Below are positions 59,995-64,000 of a stretch of 64,000 bases of DNA, in pieces; position 1 is the first letter of the stretch, and each line of letters opens with the position of its first letter. Origin of the DNA: Octopus sinensis (taxonomy: Eukaryota); the NCBI RefSeq assembly GCF_006345805.1, contig NC_043023.1, positions 4,650,001 through 4,714,000 of the forward strand. The letters are read 5' to 3'. The translations under genes and the position numbers were made by a program. The notes below the pieces were generated by a model. The model was not told where the DNA came from. It did not search any database and worked only from the letters and a program-made list of their open reading frames with translations.

Positions 59995-60554
59995 TTTAAA
60001 TGTATACACACATATATTCTAAATGATTTATACGGAAGACAGTGTACAGGAAGCTTTATCTACAGGGACACTACAAGGGACATTCCCATTTAAATCTATG
60101 CACACACGTATGTATATACATACGTTCATACATACATACATACTTACATACATACATACATAGTACGTATGCATGCACGCGCGCATACTTACTCACACAC
60201 ACACATACAAGCATCAACAATTCTGCCAACAACGTCAACTGTAAGAAAGTCTTCACATTGTCGCCCGACCTGCTAGAAACTGCAGTTAAAGCTCAGCACA
60301 TCGCCACCACCGCCACCACCGCCACCAACAGCATCAGCAGCAGCAGTAGTGGCACCACCATCGACGCCATCCTACTAAATCAATTTCCGTATTACGTGAC
60401 AGTCAGTGTTGACAGCAGAGGGCCAGCGACACCGCCACCACCCCACCACCAGCAGCGCCCACTTTGTGTGGGCGACATAGAGAAAGGGCTAAAAGCAGCT
60501 CCCACCCAAATCTGGAAGAGGTGGAGTGTAAATAGCGGACTTTAGTGGCTTCTG

Positions 60555-60560
60555 TGTAGG

Positions 60561-60595
<35 letters not shown>

Positions 60596-61066
60596 AAGTG
60601 TGTGTGTGCGTGTGTGCGTGTGTGTGTGTAAGTGTGTGTGTGTAAGTATGTGTGTGTAAGTGTGTGTGTGTAAGTGTGTGTATGTGTGTTTGTGAGTGTG
60701 TAAGTGTGTGTGTAAGTGTGTGCGTGTGTGTACGTGTGTGTGTGTAAGTGTGTGTGTATGTGTGCGTGTGCAAGTGTGTAAGTGTGTGTTTGCGCGCGTG
60801 TGTGTGTAAGTGTGTGCGTGCGTGTAAGTGTGTGCGTGCGTGTAAGTGTGTATGTGTGTGTAAGTGTGTGTGTGTGTGTATGCGCGTGTGCGTGTAAGTG
60901 TGGGTGTGTGTGTGCAAGTGTGTTTGTGTGTGTGTGTGTGCAAGTGTGTGTGTGTGTGCGCGCGTGTGTGCGCGCGTGTGTGCGTGTGTGTGTGCAAGTG
61001 TGTGTGTGTCTGTGTGTGCGTGTGTGTGTGTGCGTGTGTGTGTAAGTGTGTAAGTGTGTGTGTGTT
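60555..61066. repeat. Complex (GT)n microsatellite
   Basis: Direct inspection. Confidence 0.95.
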
Positions 61067-61159
61067 TGACTTGACACGTGACCACACCACCCTTCCGGAG
61101 TGTAAGCGACATAGAGATATGTTCGTAAACAGCGATGAGGATGCATGGATGGACATCAT

Positions 61160-63845
61160 ATTAGTGGTGATGCTCGTGGTGATGGTGGTGGTGGTGATGG
61201 TGGTAGTGGCGATAGTGGTGGTGGTGGTGGTGGTGGTGAAGATGGTGGTGGTGGTGGTGGTGAAGATGGTAGTGATGGTGGCGGTAGTAGTGGTGATCAT
61301 GGTGACGATGATGGTGGTCGTGGTGATGGTGATGGTGATGATGGTGTGGTGGGTGGTGGTGGTGGTGGTGGTGGTGATGATGGTGGTGGTGGTGGTGGTG
61401 GTGGTGGTGATGATGGTGGTGGTGGTGGTGGTGGTGGTGGTGATGGTGGTGGTGGTGGTGGTGGTGGTGGTGGTGATGGTGGTTTTGGTGGTGGTGGTGA
61501 TGGTGATGGTGGTGGTGATGGTGGTTGGTGGTGGGTGGTGGTTGTGGTGGTGGTGGTGGTGGTGATGGTGATGATGGTGGTGGTGATGGTGATGTGTGGT
61601 GGTGGTAATGGTGGTGGTGGTTGATGGGGTGGTGGTGGTTGTGGTGATGGTTTTGGTGGTGGTGGTGATGGTGATGGTGGTGGTGATGGTGGTGGTGGTG
61701 GTGGTGATGGTGGTGGTGGTGGTGGTGATGGTTGGTGGTGGTGGTGGTGGTGATGGTGATGTGGTGGTGGTGGTGGTGGTGGTGGTGATGGTGATGGTGG
61801 TGGTGGTGGTGGTGATGGTGATGGTGGTGGTGATGGTGGTGGTGGTGGTGGTGATGGTGGTGGTGGTGGTGGTGATGGTGGTGGTGGTGGTGGTGATGGT
61901 GGTGGTGGTGGTGGTGGTTGGTGTTGGGGTGGTGGTGATGATGGTGGTGGTGGGGTGGTGTTGGGATGGTGGGTGATGGTGGTTTTGGTGGTGTGGTGAT
62001 GGTTGATGGTGGTGGTGATGGTGGTGGTGGTAATGGTGGTGGGTGGTGGTGGTGATGGTTGTGGTGGTGATGGTGGTGGTTGATGGCGGTGGTGATGGTG
62101 AGGGTGGGTTTGGTGGTGGTGATGGTGGGGGGGTGGTGATGGTGATGGTGGTGGTGATGATGGTGGTGGTGATGGTGGTGATGGTGATGGTGGTGGTGAT
62201 GGTGGTGATGGTGATGGTGGTGGTTGGGGGTGGTGGTGGTGGATGGTGATGGTGAATGGTGGGTTGGTGATGGTGATGGTGGTTTTGGTGGTGGTGTGTG
62301 ATGGTGGTGGTGATGGTGATGTGGGGTGGTGGTGGTGGTGATGGTTGATGGTGGGGTGGTGGTGGTGGTGGTGGTGATGTGATGGTGTGGGGTTGTGGTG
62401 GTGGTGATGGTGATGGTGTGTGGTGGTGGTGGTGGTGGTGGTGGTGGTTGATGGTGGTGGTTGTGGTGGTGATGGTGATGGTGGTGGTGGTGATGGTGGG
62501 GGTGGTGTGTGGGTGGGGGGGGTGGTGGTGGTGGTGGTGATGGTGGTTTTGGTGGTGGTGGTGATGGTGATGGTGGTGGTGATGGTGGTGGTGGTGGTGG
62601 TGATGGTGGTTGTGTGGTGGTGGATGGTGGGTGGTGGTGATGGTGATGGTGGTGGTGGTGGTTGTGGTGATGGTGGTGTTGGTGGTGTGGTGATGGTGAT
62701 GGTGGTGGTGATGGTGGTGGTGGTGGTGGTGGTGGTGGTGGTGGTGGTGGTGATGGTGGTGGTGGTGGTGGTGATGGTGGTGGTGGTGGTGGTGATGGTG
62801 ATGGTGGTGGTGGTAATGGTGGTGGTGGTGGGGGTGATGGTTTTGGTGGTGGTGGTGATGGTGATGGTAATGGTGGTGGTGATGGTGATGGTGGTGGTGG
62901 TGATGGTGGTGGTGGTGGTGGTGGTGGTGATGGTGGTGGTGGTGATGGTGATGGTGGTGGTGAGTGGTGGTGGTGGTGTGGTGATGGTGGTGGGTGGTGG
63001 TGGGTTGGGGTGGGTGGTGTGATGATGGTGGTTGTGGTGGTGGTGGTGGTGGTGGTGATGGGTTTTTTGGTGGTGGTGGTGATGGTGATGGTGGTGGTGA
63101 TGGTGGTGGTGGTAATGGTGGTGGTGGTGGTGGTTGTGTGGTGGTGGTGGTGATGGTGGTGTGGTGATGGTGGTGGTGATGGTGGTGGTGATGGCGGTGG
63201 TGATGGTGATGGTGGTTTTGGTGGTGGTGATGGTGGTGGTGATGGTGATGGTGGTGGTGATGGTGATGGTGGTGGTGATGGTGGTGGTGATGGTGATGGT
63301 GGTGGTGATGGTGATGGTGGTGATGGTGAGTGGGTGGGGGATGGTGGTGTGATGGTGTTGATGGTGATGGTGGTGGTGGTAAAGTGGTGGTGATGGTGGT
63401 GGTGGTGGTGGTGATGATGGTTGGTGTGGTGGTGGTGGTGGTGGTGGTGATGGTGGTGGTGATGGTGGTGGTGGTGATGGGATGGTGGTGTGGATGGTGG
63501 GGGTGGTGGTGGTGATGGTGGTGTGATGGTGGTGGTGGTGAGGGTGAGGGGGGGGGGGGGGGTGGGGGGGGGGGGGGTGGGGGGGTGGTGATGGTGTGTT
63601 GTGGGGTTGGGATGTGGGGTGATGGTGGTAATGGTGATGGTGATGGTGGTGGCGATGGTGGTGGTGATGGTGGTGGTGGTGAATAGTAACGATGATGATG
63701 GTGATGGTGGTGGTGATGGTAGTAGTAGTGGTGGTGGTAGTAGTGGTGATGGTGATGGTGGTGAATAGTAACGATGGTAATGGTCATGGTTGTAGTCGTG
63801 GTGGTAATGATGGTGGTGGTGATGGTGATGGTGTGGTGGTGGTAT
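61160..63845. repeat. About 2.7-kb (GGT/GAT)n trinucleotide satellite
   Basis: Direct inspection; source of the spurious 1125-aa His/Thr/Pro ORF. Confidence 0.95.
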
Positions 63846-64000
63846 GTGTTTTTTTGTGTAATACGTGGCATCACTACCACCACTGACATACTACCGCTAT
63901 ACCACCGCAACCACTGCATCAGCGACCACCATCACCAATAACACCGCCTGTCTTACACCAACACGACCAGGACCTCCACCACCAGCAGCAGCAGCAGCAG

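Noticed and set aside
60542-63919. 1125-aa His/Thr/Pro-rich ORF on the minus strand (and the poly-Val/Gly ORFs on plus)
   Set aside because: Translation of (CAC/CAT/ACC)n and (CA)n repeats, which cannot produce stop codons; no splice signals or domain content.
1-64000. CRISPR array, rRNA or genuine tRNA genes
   Set aside because: None seen; the tRNA-like A/B boxes all belong to SINE heads or the MITE loop.

Overview
AT-rich, microsatellite- and transposon-dense animal DNA. The SINE/RTE/Penelope repeat repertoire points to an octopus (inference from repeat style; not checked against a database). One host gene is supported on the + strand: three exons (38325/38497-38581, 40945-41162, 43891-44023) with canonical, phase-compatible splice sites encode a signal peptide plus a four-cysteine CUB-like extracellular domain. 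Its 3' exon(s) were not confidently found. The rest is mostly decayed mobile DNA: a Ty3/Gypsy pol relic, two solo LTRs with 4-bp TSDs, a short-LTR internally deleted Gypsy element nested in a DD37D-type transposon, RTE/CR1/Tx1 LINE pieces, mariner/Tc1/MULE/hAT pieces, MITEs, four SINE families (A-D, my labels) and many Penelope-like (PLE) fragments. The most notable non-coding signal is a set of type I hammerhead ribozyme motifs in PLE-type terminal repeats. One (minus strand, 14667-14750) matches the canonical core exactly. All near-intact ones lie antisense to the host gene, and the sense-strand copies are broken. The window also has many long inverted repeats, some nested. Almost all long ORFs in the supplied track are microsatellite artefacts.
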